The notes under the pieces were generated by a model. The model was not told the origin of the DNA, ran no database searches, and saw nothing but the letters and a program-made list of their open reading frames with translations. DNA of 63,029 bases, filler included, from Reticulomyxa filosa (Eukaryota; Protista; Foraminifera): the NCBI GenBank assembly GCA_000512085.1. It is 11 parts of 11 records of this genome, joined end to end, with 100 filler letters (N's around TTAATTAATTAA, not from the genome) between each part and the next. Parts side by side here need not be neighbours in the genome. Positions count along the whole stretch, not along the records: positions 35,576 to 44,769 come from ASPP01006930.1; positions 44,870 to 45,929 come from ASPP01001755.1; positions 46,030 to 48,511 come from ASPP01000717.1; positions 48,612 to 54,450 come from ASPP01026105.1; 7 more parts are not named here. One strand, given 5' to 3'. Positions 39,093 to 51,722 of the stretch are shown here, in pieces. The position numbers and the translations under genes were made by a program. Position 1 is the first letter of the stretch; every line of letters starts with the position of its first letter.

Positions 39093-40077
39093 TGATCTTT
39101 GTGTTAGTAAGGTCAGAAAACAAAGAAACCAAAAGCAAAAACTACATAAAATTTTTAAAAATTCAGTTAAAAAAAACCTTGTGTTTCCGCAAAAAAAAGA
39201 AAACATTGCAAGGAGAAGCTGTCCAGTGGAGCTCTGGTGTTAGGTAATAAACAGACAGTGCTAGTTCACGAAACGCTTCAATAGAAGCAGTCGAACGAAG
39301 CAGTAAATAAATCACATTCTACATAAAACACTAAAAAGCTTCACTGATTTGCCTACCATAATCAAGAATGAGATTTTATTTTTAATTAAAGCTTACATTT
39401 TATTGTTTGCACTATAAAATCGTTGATTATTTTTGTGAAGTGCTGTTGGCAATTTTCTTACTAAATTTTACCAATTTACCAAATTTTGTATGTTGTCTGT
39501 TTGTGCTAAAAAAATACTCATTAAAAAATTAGAGTATATGAAAAATAAATTATGATATTTAGTGAGATTCCCCATTCAATTATAACAAAGCCATGATCAA
39601 TTCTCTTTTTAATATTTCTTCCAAACATATTGAAGTCAGAACTACAACAAATTAAAAAACATAAAAATTGACAAGCAATCATGTAAGGCGCAAAAGCGCA
39701 ATATGGTAGTAGCTGCATAATTCAATATTTTTTCTTTTTCTTTTAATTTAAACACCGCCCAAACAATTGGGACAAGTTTCAGGAAACAAAACTTACATAT
39801 TTTGAGTTGTCTGTTAGATATTGCTATGAAGGCCAAAAAACACATAATATGAACTACTGGCAAAGAGTAGACGATACAACATTAAATTATGTCATCCTGT
39901 AGAAGACAAACATTTGAATATTGCATAACTTTTGAAATTTGTTATTTTCTTTTTCATTTTTTGAATTTCAAAAAAAAGAAATTGATCTTTGTTTTTTGTG
40001 TAAGGTCTCAAAACGACCTTACCAGACGTGTGTTGAGTTTTTTTTCCTCCCCCTGTCAGAGAGCTGAGCTGTATGAC

Positions 40078-41448
40078 ATGACAGTATTAAACGGGAATTC
40101 AGAAAGTGGCCAAAATATACTATTTCCATTTTATTTCGTCTGCATTGGAGTGTTGTTAGTGTTTTTCGTAGTTCATTTGTCGACAATCCGTGACGAATTG
40201 AAAAAGCAAAGAAGAGGTTCTAGATCGCCACGGCAAGGATCGGCGAGCGCGCAGTTTGCGTTGGGCGAGTATTGGACATGTTGTACGTGGTTAAGGGGCA
40301 TAACATATACGCAGCTGATCCATGGATTTTCGATATTGTCAATAGTGTTTGGACTAGTGTTCCTGCTGTTCAGTGTATTGTTGTATCATCAATTTAAGGT
40401 GTCATCGTGTCAAGTGTATGGCGTGACGCCGTTATTGGGTTACTATTATCATAAGGTTTGCATTTACGAATGTCTATTAGTGCGTTTGCAAGCATCATTT
40501 TCGGGATCGCCGTATGCGTACCGAGGATGGGTGATAGCAGTGTTGCATTTGGTCAATGGGTCGCTGTTGCTGGGACTCGCGCAGCCAGTGATTTTGCTGA
40601 TGAAGCACATTAAGTTTGTGAAAAGGGCGTCCAACGGGGGCAAGATTTGCGCAACACATTACCCTTTTTGGGGGAGCGCATTGTCGGCGTTGCTCGATTT
40701 GTGCATCAACATTGTGCTATTGATTTTGTTCATTAAGCCGTTGCTCGCATTGGCTAAACAGCAACAGATCGCATTAATGCAACAACAACAACAACAACAA
40801 CAGTCGCCTTTGGATGCTTTGGAGACTTCATTGAGCAGTGAAGATCCAGATGAAGATGATCCAACACAAATGCAAACACAAACACAAACACCAACACAAA
40901 TACAAACGCGGGTAACATCTTCCAAGGTTTCTTCATTACGACATACGTATACTCCAAAAGTGGTAGTTCCCACTGCTATTATTAGTCCCGATAATTCGAC
41001 TGCGAATCCATTCCCAACACTTATCACCGTAGATGCCACCTTGAAAAAACAACGCATGCGAGAGTTCCGAAAAACATCGGCGTTTTATAAACTGTCCATC
41101 AAAGTCACCACGCTCACATTGATCATGGTCTTATCCACTATCTTGTCCATGAGCTTATACTCGTTTCTCACGTGGACCATCGGACTCATGTTCGATGTCG
41201 TCACCAACTGTCTTTGCTTGCTTCTCATGTTCAAAAAATATGATGCCATCTACAAGGTCCTTTGCAATTGCTGCAATGCCTGCGTTGGCTATTGCGGCAC
41301 TATTGGCTTCACAAACACATCCAATGACACATTCACCAATGCCATCATCGCTGTTCAGCTGCCTCCTCCACAACCTCCTGCTACAATACCCATACCTGCT
41401 ATTTCACCCGCGCCTAACACTATCGCCCTTACTGAAACGCGCTTGTAA
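40078..41448 (+). CDS. Intronless 7-TM GPCR-like receptor
   Basis: Seven hydrophobic helices; Cys at the top of TM3 and in ECL2; long polyQ/Thr-rich loop between TM5 and TM6; helix-8-like YKVLCNCCNAC. Likely start ATG at 40078. Confidence 0.75.
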   Translation: MTVLNGNSESGQNILFPFYFVCIGVLLVFFVVHLSTIRDELKKQRRGSRSPRQGSASAQFALGEYWTCCTWLRGITYTQLIHGFSILSIVFGLVFLLFSVLLYHQFKVSSCQVYGVTPLLGYYYHKVCIYECLLVRLQASFSGSPYAYRGWVIAVLHLVNGSLLLGLAQPVILLMKHIKFVKRASNGGKICATHYPFWGSALSALLDLCINIVLLILFIKPLLALAKQQQIALMQQQQQQQQSPLDALETSLSSEDPDEDDPTQMQTQTQTPTQIQTRVTSSKVSSLRHTYTPKVVVPTAIISPDNSTANPFPTLITVDATLKKQRMREFRKTSAFYKLSIKVTTLTLIMVLSTILSMSLYSFLTWTIGLMFDVVTNCLCLLLMFKKYDAIYKVLCNCCNACVGYCGTIGFTNTSNDTFTNAIIAVQLPPPQPPATIPIPAISPAPNTIALTETRL

Positions 41449-44298
41449 ATATAGCTTCCAAAGACGATGCTAGGATTTATTTTCTTTTTTTTTTTTTTTT
41501 TTATTTGTTTCTTTGTTGTTTTTTTTTTTTGTTGTTGTTTCTTTTCAGTTTGGATGGGCTCAGGGCTCGTTTTTGTTTTCTCACTTCTTCTGTTCCGTTT
41601 GTTTTGTGTAGATGTTTATTTCAAATAACAACATACCAACACCACACTCGCTCATGAACCCGTGAGAAAAACAAAACAATCCTACAAACACCTTTATTTT
41701 CTTCTTTTTCTAACAAACGGAAAAAAATTCTCTTTGTCGTTTTTATGAAAAAATCGTTTTTATTTACTTCAAAAATTGTGTATATTATCTATGCCATCTC
41801 TTCTTGTCCTTGCAACTTACTATTCAAAGCATATCCCAAAAAAAATACTTTGTATGATTTTTTTCACCAATTTGAGTTTCATGGAAAAGTTGAATATAAA
41901 ATCAAAATTAACAATTGAATTTATATTTGATCCCAAAAAAAGTAGGTCAATGACACTGTTTTGGCGATGAGACAGGAAAACTGACTCTTCTCAAAAGAGT
42001 TAGCATTGGGAGGTATCAAGTGAAAATTAACAAAAAACAGGTGAAGAAGCGAAAGAATACAAGGAGTTTTATGTTTTTCAGTCGGAACAGCATAACATTG
42101 CAAAGTATGAGATTGATTTCAACGATGAAAAAACAAAACAGTCGACAATTATTTTCTTAACACAACAGAACTGATATAACGAGTTTTATCACTTTTGTTG
42201 ATGTACTTTTTCAATGATAAATATGAAAAAACCAATTTCTAACATGAATTTCATTAACAAAACTGGCAAGTTTTTTAACTACATGTATGTGATATTTTAT
42301 TCTTTATAAAAAGTGTTGTGAATGTGGCTGAAACATATAATTAATTTTTAAAATCAAAATTATGTTGTGAAAATAAAACCAATTGTTATACATTTCAAGT
42401 GCATTATATTTGTATAATTTTTTTTTATGTTCATCATAATAGATATACATCAGAAAAATGTTAGTCGTTTATACTATTTCCATTTTACATTCATTACACT
42501 TTTTTTTTGAAAAACATTATTTTTTTTTATATCAGCGTAATGAAGATATGTTCACTTCTTGAAATTGCTTGTTCAACAAAAATGTAAATGATATTTTTTC
42601 AATAAAAAAACATTTTTGAAATAAATTTTCTAATCTTTTTTTGTTAAGCAAAAAATTGTTTGTGATATCAATCGATACAAATGCAAATAACACACTTTAT
42701 AGCTTTATTTCTCTTTGATTTGTTGTTGAGTGAACAAAACTTTGACACTACAATCTGGCAAATGGCGTTCACTTGATATCTTTATTTCTAAAATCATACG
42801 CAGTGAAAGCCGAAATAGGAATTAAAAGAAAGTTTGACCCTGCTGTCAAATGTTTACTCAGAGATAGTTTCATACGCTTTGAGAAAAGTGGTGTATATAA
42901 TTTGCTGCGGCAGGACGATGTAACAAGCAAACTGTTCCCAATACAGAATAGTCTCAATCACGATTTAATTTCTTTTGCTACGTTTTCTATCATTTTCTTC
43001 CTTACTAAAGAGCAATGAACTCTCATACACGTTTGCTCAAACTCTTCATTTACAAACGAAATGACATATTATCGCGCTTTTTTTTGACACAACTTATGAC
43101 ATGAAACAAAATGTACAAACACAAATTGCTTCGAAATTCTCTTTGTAGTTTTATTCAAAATTGCAAACTTAAAAATGCTTTTTACGAAATTAGAAATTGA
43201 AAAAGTAAAGTTTTATCAGTTGGTTGTTTTTCAAACCGCAAATACGACAAATCATCACTCTTCAAAAAATAATTTTTATAAAAAGTGTTATGATGTGATT
43301 GAACTAGGACATATAATTATTTTTCAAAATTTGTTATATTTAGCGGAAGTAAAACCAATTGTTGCCCAAGTCAAAGGCATTCTATATATTATTATTTTTT
43401 TTCAGATTTATTATAATGGACATCTAACTAAAAAGAGAATCATTAAATTTTCATTTTACATTCACGACACTTCTTTTTTAAAATTTTTATAAAATACTTG
43501 TTCTTTACAAATTAGCTTTCTAAGTTATTTGTTGAAATAATGCTTGCAAATTTTGAGATAGTTATCTTCATTTTAGTAAAATTTTTAATAATTGTACTTT
43601 ATATTCAATTCACATAATTTTTCTTATTATCGACAAACGAAGATCTATCACTTCATTCAAATATAAATTCGATAATACAAAACAATTATATTCACCAGAA
43701 ATTTAACAGCTAAATTTAACTATATAACTCCGAACGGTTAAACCAAAGATAGTCAGAAAAAATATCAGAACTGATACTGAGAAAGCAAACATATTGGACA
43801 TATGATTTGTGTTACCACTTCAACAGTCAAAGTGGGGCATTGAAATCATTACTCGAATTTTATAGTTCGTTCGATTTTCAAGCAGTGTATCCACTAACTT
43901 GATCAATTTTGGTTTTAGCTGAAACAGAGTTGGTGAACACGTATTCGGAAAAAGTATAACAACTATATCTCCAAAAATTTTTTGAAAATGGTACTATAAC
44001 GACAATTTTGGAGCCTTTTGAATATTTTTTATTTTTCCTTAATTTGTTTGTTTTGTGAGTTGTACAATTTCAAGAAAGGTATATTTTGACTGTACGAAAT
44101 TATGTGTAATGTCTAACAAGAACGGTTATTGAATTTGTTTTTCAATTCGTGAAAAGTAAATTGTGTAGTCAACAGATATTTTTTTGTATCTTGCAAGACT
44201 AATCATAGTCAAGGAAGAGAAGGAGGGAAATTGCTTGTTTCGGTTTCCCTCAAAGATTTTGAGGAAGTAGAGAATGCTGGAAAAAAAAAATGCGTATT

Positions 44299-44730
44299 TC
44301 ATTTCTCTGATTTATTTGAAATTTCTTTAATTGCTGCCAAAGGAAACAGCAATGCAGACAATAAGAAAACTAAAGGTTCTCGGCGTGTTACAAAGGTTGC
44401 ATAATCTTCAAACATCTCACCTCGGTGTTGTTTTGTCGCTGAAGTAAAAAGGAGCTGAGATGCCAAAATATAAGATACAATTCGAGGAAAAATGTACACA
44501 CCAAACCGCATTAAATGCCACATAACCAACAGTCCAGTGGAATTTTCATTCAATTCATCCAAGGCTTGCATTTCAGCCATGCCCGTTCCACTTCTCCCCA
44601 GCAGCATGTGATCCGCACTCCCTAAAAAAAGTACCAATCTCGTTCTTTGTCAATACCTTTTTGAATCCCAAGCCACCATCCCACCATATTCCAGTCAAAG
44701 ATATTCCATTCATAGCTTATCCATTCACGT
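44299..44730 (-). CDS. Partial hypothetical membrane protein, 5' end in the gap
   Basis: REWISYEWNIFDW... exon joined by a short GT-AG intron to GSADHMLL...; two hydrophobic segments. Confidence 0.4.
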
Positions 44731-44769
44731 ATATATTGCAAAAAGTTTTTCAATGCCCTTTTTTCCCCC

Positions 44770-44869
44770 NNNNNNNNNNNNNNNNNNNNNNNNNNNNNNN
44801 NNNNNNNNNNNNNTTAATTAATTAANNNNNNNNNNNNNNNNNNNNNNNNNNNNNNNNNNNNNNNNNNNN
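44770..44869. other. Artificial contig linker
   Basis: N44-TTAATTAATTAA-N44. Confidence 0.98.
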
Positions 44870-45929
44870 AAAAAAAAAAAAAAACAACAATTAAATAGAA
44901 GAGAATATTAAAAGAAGGATAGGATGATGAAAGCATTTAATTGTTATTGGCAGAGTTGGTATGCATGGATGCAAACAACTTTTTTTGTTAGATAAAATAA
45001 AAAATTGGTTGAAAAAAAAAGAAAAAGAAGGCAATATTGGATTGGAGAGGAAAGGATATGTGTACAATGAAATAGTGAAACCAAGACATTATTCATTGAG
45101 CTATGGAATATGTCGAAGTGGAGATTTGAGTACGATCTAACCAAAAGCAGCAAATTTGTCATTGATAAACAAACTGAGCAAAGAATTGGTAAAGAATATA
45201 TTGAAAGAAGACATCCCAACGACAAAAAGTGTAATAATTTTGCCATTTGCAACGGAAATATCCATTGTGCTTATCTTGTTAACATTGAAGCAATACAAGC
45301 CAAAGGCAAAGTATGTGATATGGCAATGAGACATGTTTGACGACAGAATTCGAATGTGATAATATATTAAATGAAAATTTTAAGGTAATCACCGATTTAA
45401 AATCGATTAAATCCAAATTAAATACATTTGAACATCCCAGAGAAGATATTTTATGTGTCCACGAATTTCTGATAATATTAAAGAGATTAGAAACATTTGT
45501 TGTTAATAATACATATGACATGCAATCATTATCTATCCTTCACCAGTCTTAATACAGTGTCATCTCGATGTCATTATCAAAATACTGATAAAAATTTTAT
45601 GGTCCCTATTGGTGGCTCCATTGTTTGCCCCATTCAAAATTCAAACAATTTCTTTGCCAACTTTTTCATTTCTGATTTATCTTCCATTTATCCTGGCGGA
45701 CAGATATTTCAAACACCTTGGATATCTTCACCACTTTATTGAAAATAGGGTCCAATCAATGGAATCATCTCAGAAATGAACAAACTCAAAACTTTTTGTT
45801 ATTCAAAAAGACATTACAAGATGCCTTTTTATATGTTATTCAATGAACATGAAAACGAAAAAGAAAAGGAGGATGTAAATGTTGTTGAAAATGTAAATAA
45901 ATGCAAGAATGAAAAAAAAGTATGGATAC

Positions 45930-46029
45930 NNNNNNNNNNNNNNNNNNNNNNNNNNNNNNNNNNNNNNNNNNNNTTAATTAATTAANNNNNNNNNNNNNNN
46001 NNNNNNNNNNNNNNNNNNNNNNNNNNNNN
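45930..46029. other. Artificial contig linker
   Basis: N44-TTAATTAATTAA-N44. Confidence 0.98.
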
Positions 46030-46799
46030 TTTTATGCGTCAGTTTTCTTTGCAACCTACTGTAGTATGTAATAAATAAGTATTGTATTACAAAAGTCATT
46101 GTTAGCAGCAATAATAGAAAGTTACTGATTTCATGTTTGTTTTTTCACAAGATTATTTGATTTTGGTTAAACAACTTCTTCACGTAAAAATGAAAGTAAA
46201 TGTTAAGATAAACACAAACACTTCAATAAAAAAGTTGCAAAAATGTGACATTGCTAATGCATTGACATACAAGCCAAAATACTTTTTTTAATCGCTTGGC
46301 CACACTCGTTTGCTTTCTATTTAGTCAACAATTTAAAATTTGGAGAAACGTGTTCTGTCTTTTTTCCTCCATAAAAAAATAATTTGTAGGTGTTTTTCTT
46401 GAATGAAAGAAAAATATACATATGCCGAGTGAAATGAAGAAAAACAACATAAGACAAAGCAAATGCAAAGGAAACAAACCATGAAAGGACAGACCGGTAG
46501 AGGAAAAGACCACAAGTAACAAGATACTTTACATGCAAAAACGCACTCTGGTTTTCAACATGTTCGAAATTAAACATCAATTCACCCACAAAAAAAAAGT
46601 GAACCAAAAACAGTTGGAAGGGAAAAAAAAAAACGCACAGCTAATGACAACTGGACAAAAAAAAAAGAAAATCAAACAAACAAAAAAAATTGAAATTCAA
46701 AAAAAAAAGATCAATCATCACTGCAAGGGAAAGAATACAATCTAACTTCGCACTTTTGTGTTTTTTTCCCCCGTCAAAACAACCCAAAATGTTCTAGAT

Positions 46800-48493
46800 T
46801 TACTTATCTACTTCCCACACTTGGACTTTTTCAATGACGACTTTGTGCATTTTTTTGGGCAACATGACAGCCAAACGATAGCATCCAGTGGGAATGTTTG
46901 AGAAAGCTACACCTTGTGACTTTCCTCCTTTTCCAAATTCAAGTTGGTTGGTGGCCATATCTAATACCACAGTGACAACATCACCAGCTTTATACGTAGC
47001 GCCATATTTACGGTATTTTCCTCCTTTCATAATGCCTCCATCTTTACCAAAGTACCCATAGCCTAATCGATCAGTGCAAAAGATAGTATTGAGAAGTTTG
47101 CGATACTTGGTGCTATTTTTTTTGAGCGAGTCATCTGTTTGCATAACTCCGATTGCAGCTTGTCCTCCTTGGGTCACTCGAATGATCCATTCGACTTTCA
47201 TATCTTTAGTCACTTCCACTAGTCCAAATGCACTATTTCCATCCTGAATGCTGTTTTTGGCCAAACACGAGTTTCCATCAATTCGCAATTGCGTTCCTGA
47301 AAACGCAAATTGGTCCTCGGTGGCCCTTGGCTCCTTCCATTTCACGTCGACAGCACTGGGCTGTCGAGCTAACAGCAATGATTCGCTGGCCGTTTTGGTT
47401 GGGTTTTTAGGTACCGATTCAGGTCTCAATTTCGCTCCCGTTCCATTTGTTTTGGTTGACGTAGTAGCACTGGTGGTTGATGTTGCTCTCGCTGGTGGCT
47501 TCTTTGGCTGTGTGAGCTTTGAGGTAATTTTAGTGCCATTTGCTTTTGGAGTAGGCTTTCCGCGTTGTGGGGCTTTGTTGGTGTTGGTACTGGTGTTGCC
47601 TGTTTTGCGGCCTTGCCCTGTGGACTTATCCGGCACCTTTTTTGCCGGGGTCACATTTTTTGAAGTCATTTTTGGCAAGTCCGTTGACGGCATCTTTCCG
47701 TTTGGTGCTCTGGTTGACTCGGTTGTTTGAGCAGCTTTGCCATTTACCGATTTTACGTCCGCTGCTTCCTCCTTGTTTTCTTTCTCTTCTGTTTTCTTTT
47801 CCATTGCTGCTGGATCCTCCTTTCGGTTCGCTGTCTTGTCGTCTTCTGGTCCTTCGAATTTGAATTCCTTTTTGATCGTTCAAAATAAACAAACAAAAAA
47901 AAGTAATGTCCTCCTACTTTCGATTTTTTTTTAAAAAAAAATAATAATACGACTTAACATCAGAAGATGACTTATTGTGTCCAAACCAACTTGCGCCTCG
48001 AGCATGGTGGCCTCCATTGCTAAAATTGCTGGGTCCTAAGATGCAATATTGTAATTATTTTGCAATGTATGAAGTAAAGATCAACCAATCAATAACAATA
48101 ACAACAAAAAAAACAGTTTTTTTAAAAAAAATGAGTGGATTCACATATGTATCAAGTGAGATCAGTTGTGTTGTTAACGTGGTGAATATTGTTTCGTGTT
48201 GTAAAGGGTTGATTCCAGCAATTTCACTTGATGTGGCCTGTATTGAAGGGAAACAGCAAGTCTGTAGCCATCAACGCCTTCGTCTTCATTTGTCTGCAAA
48301 TGTTCGAAAGCGACACCGTGATCATTGCCGTTAACACTGAAACGTAATGTATGTTTTTCCATGTCCAAATGAATTCCAATGACGTCCCCTGATTTGAATC
48401 CCTCTCCCCATTCGATCAAAGATCGATGGCAATAAATGCTTCCATCATCGCCGTAGCCATAGCCATACTGTGAGTCAGTATAATCTTCTCCAG
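46800..48493 (-). CDS. 5'-partial protein with two SPRY/B30.2 domains separated by a Lys/Thr/Pro-rich linker
   Basis: SPRY motifs YGYGYGDDG..WGEGFKSGDVIGIHLDM..LRFSVNG..GVAF and GYGYFGKDG..YGATYKAGDVVTVVLDM..GVAF. Phase-compatible GT-AG introns link them (SP|RPSNF, SSD|EFKFEG). Confidence 0.8.
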
Positions 48494-48511
48494 CTGTAGC
48501 AATATATATAT

Positions 48512-48611
48512 NNNNNNNNNNNNNNNNNNNNNNNNNNNNNNNNNNNNNNNNNNNNTTAATTAATTAANNNNNNNNNNNNNNNNNNNNNNNNNNNNNNNNN
48601 NNNNNNNNNNN
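48512..48611. other. Artificial contig linker
   Basis: N44-TTAATTAATTAA-N44. Confidence 0.98.
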
Positions 48612-49571
48612 GACGACAAGAGTGGCGATCGGCGCGTCGATTTGGGAGAGCGACAACTTGAAGTTTGACTTTCGCAAATGGATGACACATGCCGAAATTG
48701 GACTGAACAAAGCCATTGCGCGCGATTGGAATTGCTGCGTGTTGTCGAAAGGCGACGAGGCCGACCTCAGTCAATTGAACGCATTGGCAGTGCCACCGTC
48801 CACTGCCAGTGTCAGTACTGGTGTTGGTGTTGGTATTGGTGGCGTCAGTGTCGGTGTCGGCGCAGGAGATCAAAACGCACACAAACATCAATCCACTTTG
48901 TCCAGATTCGCCACCGCCTCGCTTTCTCAAAGCAACTTGTTGATCGGACAACAAGGCAATTTAGGACTCACCACAGAACAGATTCAACAAGTTTTGTTTT
49001 GTTTCATTTGATTTCGTTTTGTTTTATTGAAATCCCTTGTCTTATTTATTTGTAATACTTGTAGAGCTTGCAATTGTATGATAAACTTCAACGACTCGAA
49101 AGTGGCGACAAGGACAGCTTTATCGCGCTGTCTTTGGTTCGCAGCTATGTCGCTGCTGGCGCACATTACAACTTCCAAAATTACAATGACAATGGAAACA
49201 CGCTGCTAATGCTCTCCATTATCAAACCACTCCCTATGATCATTCTCTACTTGTCCAAAAAAGTCTCCGCCGATGTCAACTTTGACTTGCCCAATGCTGA
49301 CGGAAACACTGCGCTGATGCTCGCCATTGAGTATGGCCTGTCCGATGATGTCATTCGTCTTCTTTTATCCCTTACCAAAGATAAAAATGTTGAAAATAAA
49401 GTTGAGGCTTTTCAAAATATATTACTCGGTTTTATCTTAATCACAATCCATTCATTAAATATATACATGTACATACATATACATATTTGTATGCAGAGTG
49501 GAAAAACTGCACTGGCCATCGCACGACAAAAAGAAAGAGAAAATATCATTCGATTGTTATCAGAAGTTTGA
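48612..49571 (+). CDS. 5'-partial ankyrin-repeat protein with a possible GGDEF-like segment upstream
   Basis: Ankyrin repeats NGNTLLMLSI, DGNTALMLAIEYG and SGKTALAIA; GT-AG introns near 48991-49065 and 49401-49497; TGA at 49569-49571. Confidence 0.8.
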
Positions 49572-50401
49572 ACAAAGCTACTTTTTTTGTTTTGTCAAAT
49601 TAAAAGAGTAGATTGTTTTGTCTAATGATAGTTTGTGATGTGATATAGTGTTGCTTTGTTTTTGAATAAAATAGTTTTTTCTTTTTTTTGCATGTGCTTT
49701 CATTTCAAACCAAGCGATGTGGAAACAGCTCAATGATAAAACAACTCCATTACAATTTTATCTTTTTAGTTATTTTTCTACATGCTTACATCTTTCTTTC
49801 CAATACAATGTTATAGTAGGCTAATTTTTGTTTCTCTTTACAAAACATAAAGTAATAACATCCTTGGGTCTGTGCCAACGAAAAAAAAACTATTCAAAAG
49901 AAAATGTGTGTTGTATAAATTTTAGACGGGATATACGGCTCAGTACTATCTCAAAATGTTCTCTAGTGGAATGTTTTGGGATAGAGATAAGTTCATAATC
50001 ATACTATCTAATCCTTATTCTACACAATGCTCATCTAATTTAGTTACTCGTACTAATTTTAATTGTATGATAAGAATAACAATTGTTTTCATTATAACCC
50101 TCAAACTTTGTGAGATTTCTATTATAACGAAAGACAGTATGTTGCTATAAGATATTTTTCGACATAAAATATTTAAAATATTGCACATTTTGTCGCTGTT
50201 TTTTGTTTTGTAAGATTTACAACATTTACTAATTGTTGTTTTATATATTTTATTTTTTTAATCCGTTTCAATTGAAAGAATTAATTTAAAGCACAAACAT
50301 CTTTTTTTTGATTTTTAACTTTATTTTACAAAAACAAAACATTTACCAAATTTACGAAAGCTAAATCAAAATCGATACAAGTGATTGACAAAAGATACAC
50401 C

Positions 50402-51000
50402 TTAAGTGTACGCCATTTCGTACCACGTATCTTTTCCATGCTTCACTCTAGATTGACCTTTCAATACAAACCCAACCTTTTGATAAAACGGAATCAAGTA
50501 TTTTTTGGCCAACAGTTTGATAGTGCTTAATTCATCTTTTTCAAGCTTTGGATGCATCGTTTGCAAATATTTTTTGAGTAATTGCGTTCCAAATTTGTGT
50601 CGACGATACTTTTTATCAATCACAACGGAATGTATGCAAAGGGTCTTGCCACCGTCGATATGTGATTGCATGCTTTCTTCTGTTAATTCGGCTTTATTTT
50701 TTAAATTTAATCCATTAAAAAAATGTTGAAATATCAATATGCAAAAAAAAAAAAAAAAAATCGTCAAATAATAATAATAATAATAAAAGACAAACCAGAG
50801 TCGGCTAGAGTTCCGCAGATAAATCCAACTGCTTGATCATTATAAGTTAAAACCTTGAAATATTCGGAAGCAAAGATGAAGCGATAGTACAAGTTTTCGG
50901 ATGAAGCAGCTTCGTCGGGAGGATAACTTTCGGCCTCGAGTTCACAAATTTTGGCGAGATCGGACTTTTTTACAGCACGGACAGTGAGCAATTTCAAGTT
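50402..51000 (-). CDS. GNAT N-acetyltransferase domain, arylalkylamine/polyamine acetyltransferase (AANAT/PAA1)-like
   Basis: [73 protein letters not shown]. Confidence 0.9.
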
Positions 51001-51691
51001 GAAGTCAGTTTTGGCGGAAGCGTCTTGCGATACTTCTCGAGTGCAATTCTCTGCCCTCACATAAACGTTCATTGTCGGAAGCTTCACCAAGCAATGACTG
51101 GCGTCTGTCCGAAGCAATTCACCTGTGCCAAATGGCGTTTTTACCAATTCCACAAATGCACTGCTTCTGTAAGCAGGCACGTGTTCACGAGTAGGACTAG
51201 TTTGCGTGCCATTATCATCTTCACTATGTTTCGATTCATCTATGCAGAAAAGAGTTTTAATCATTGTCATTATTATTATTATTGTTGTTGTTGTTATTGT
51301 ATATGTTCACTCCTAACCTGAAACAGGGTCTTGTCCTTTATTTGGAGGGACTTCGGCGTTATTGGCTTTTTTGTCTCTTGCTTTTTTATCTCTGCCTCGC
51401 CGATGGGATTCGTCTGTGGATGTTTCGGATTGCGGACTGTCTGATTTGAACTGCCGCTCTGTTTTTTCTTTGCGGGGGCCACGAGGGGACAAGCTGCGAG
51501 GGGTGTGAATACGTGGCATCCCCACGTGATCCTTGGCAGCCAACTCGGCTTCACCATTGTCGAAGCTCACATGTTTCTCGTGGGCACCACTTCGCGGACT
51601 CATTTGCAATGACTTCAAAATACCAGGTGGCCGTGTAATATTGGCGTTTTGAATATATTTCGGTGAAGGACTGCGACCCAAGTCACTCTTT

Positions 51692-51722
<31 letters not shown>

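Noticed and set aside
39889-40077. 63-codon N-terminal extension of the 7TM ORF
   Set aside because: T/A-run-rich and UTR-like; the ATG at 40078 is the more plausible start
41500-44200. Short AT-rich ORFs
   Set aside because: F/I/K/L-biased translations typical of non-coding DNA
44870-45929. Short ORFs on a 1-kb contig
   Set aside because: Coding-like but fragmented, with no recognisable motif or consistent exon chain
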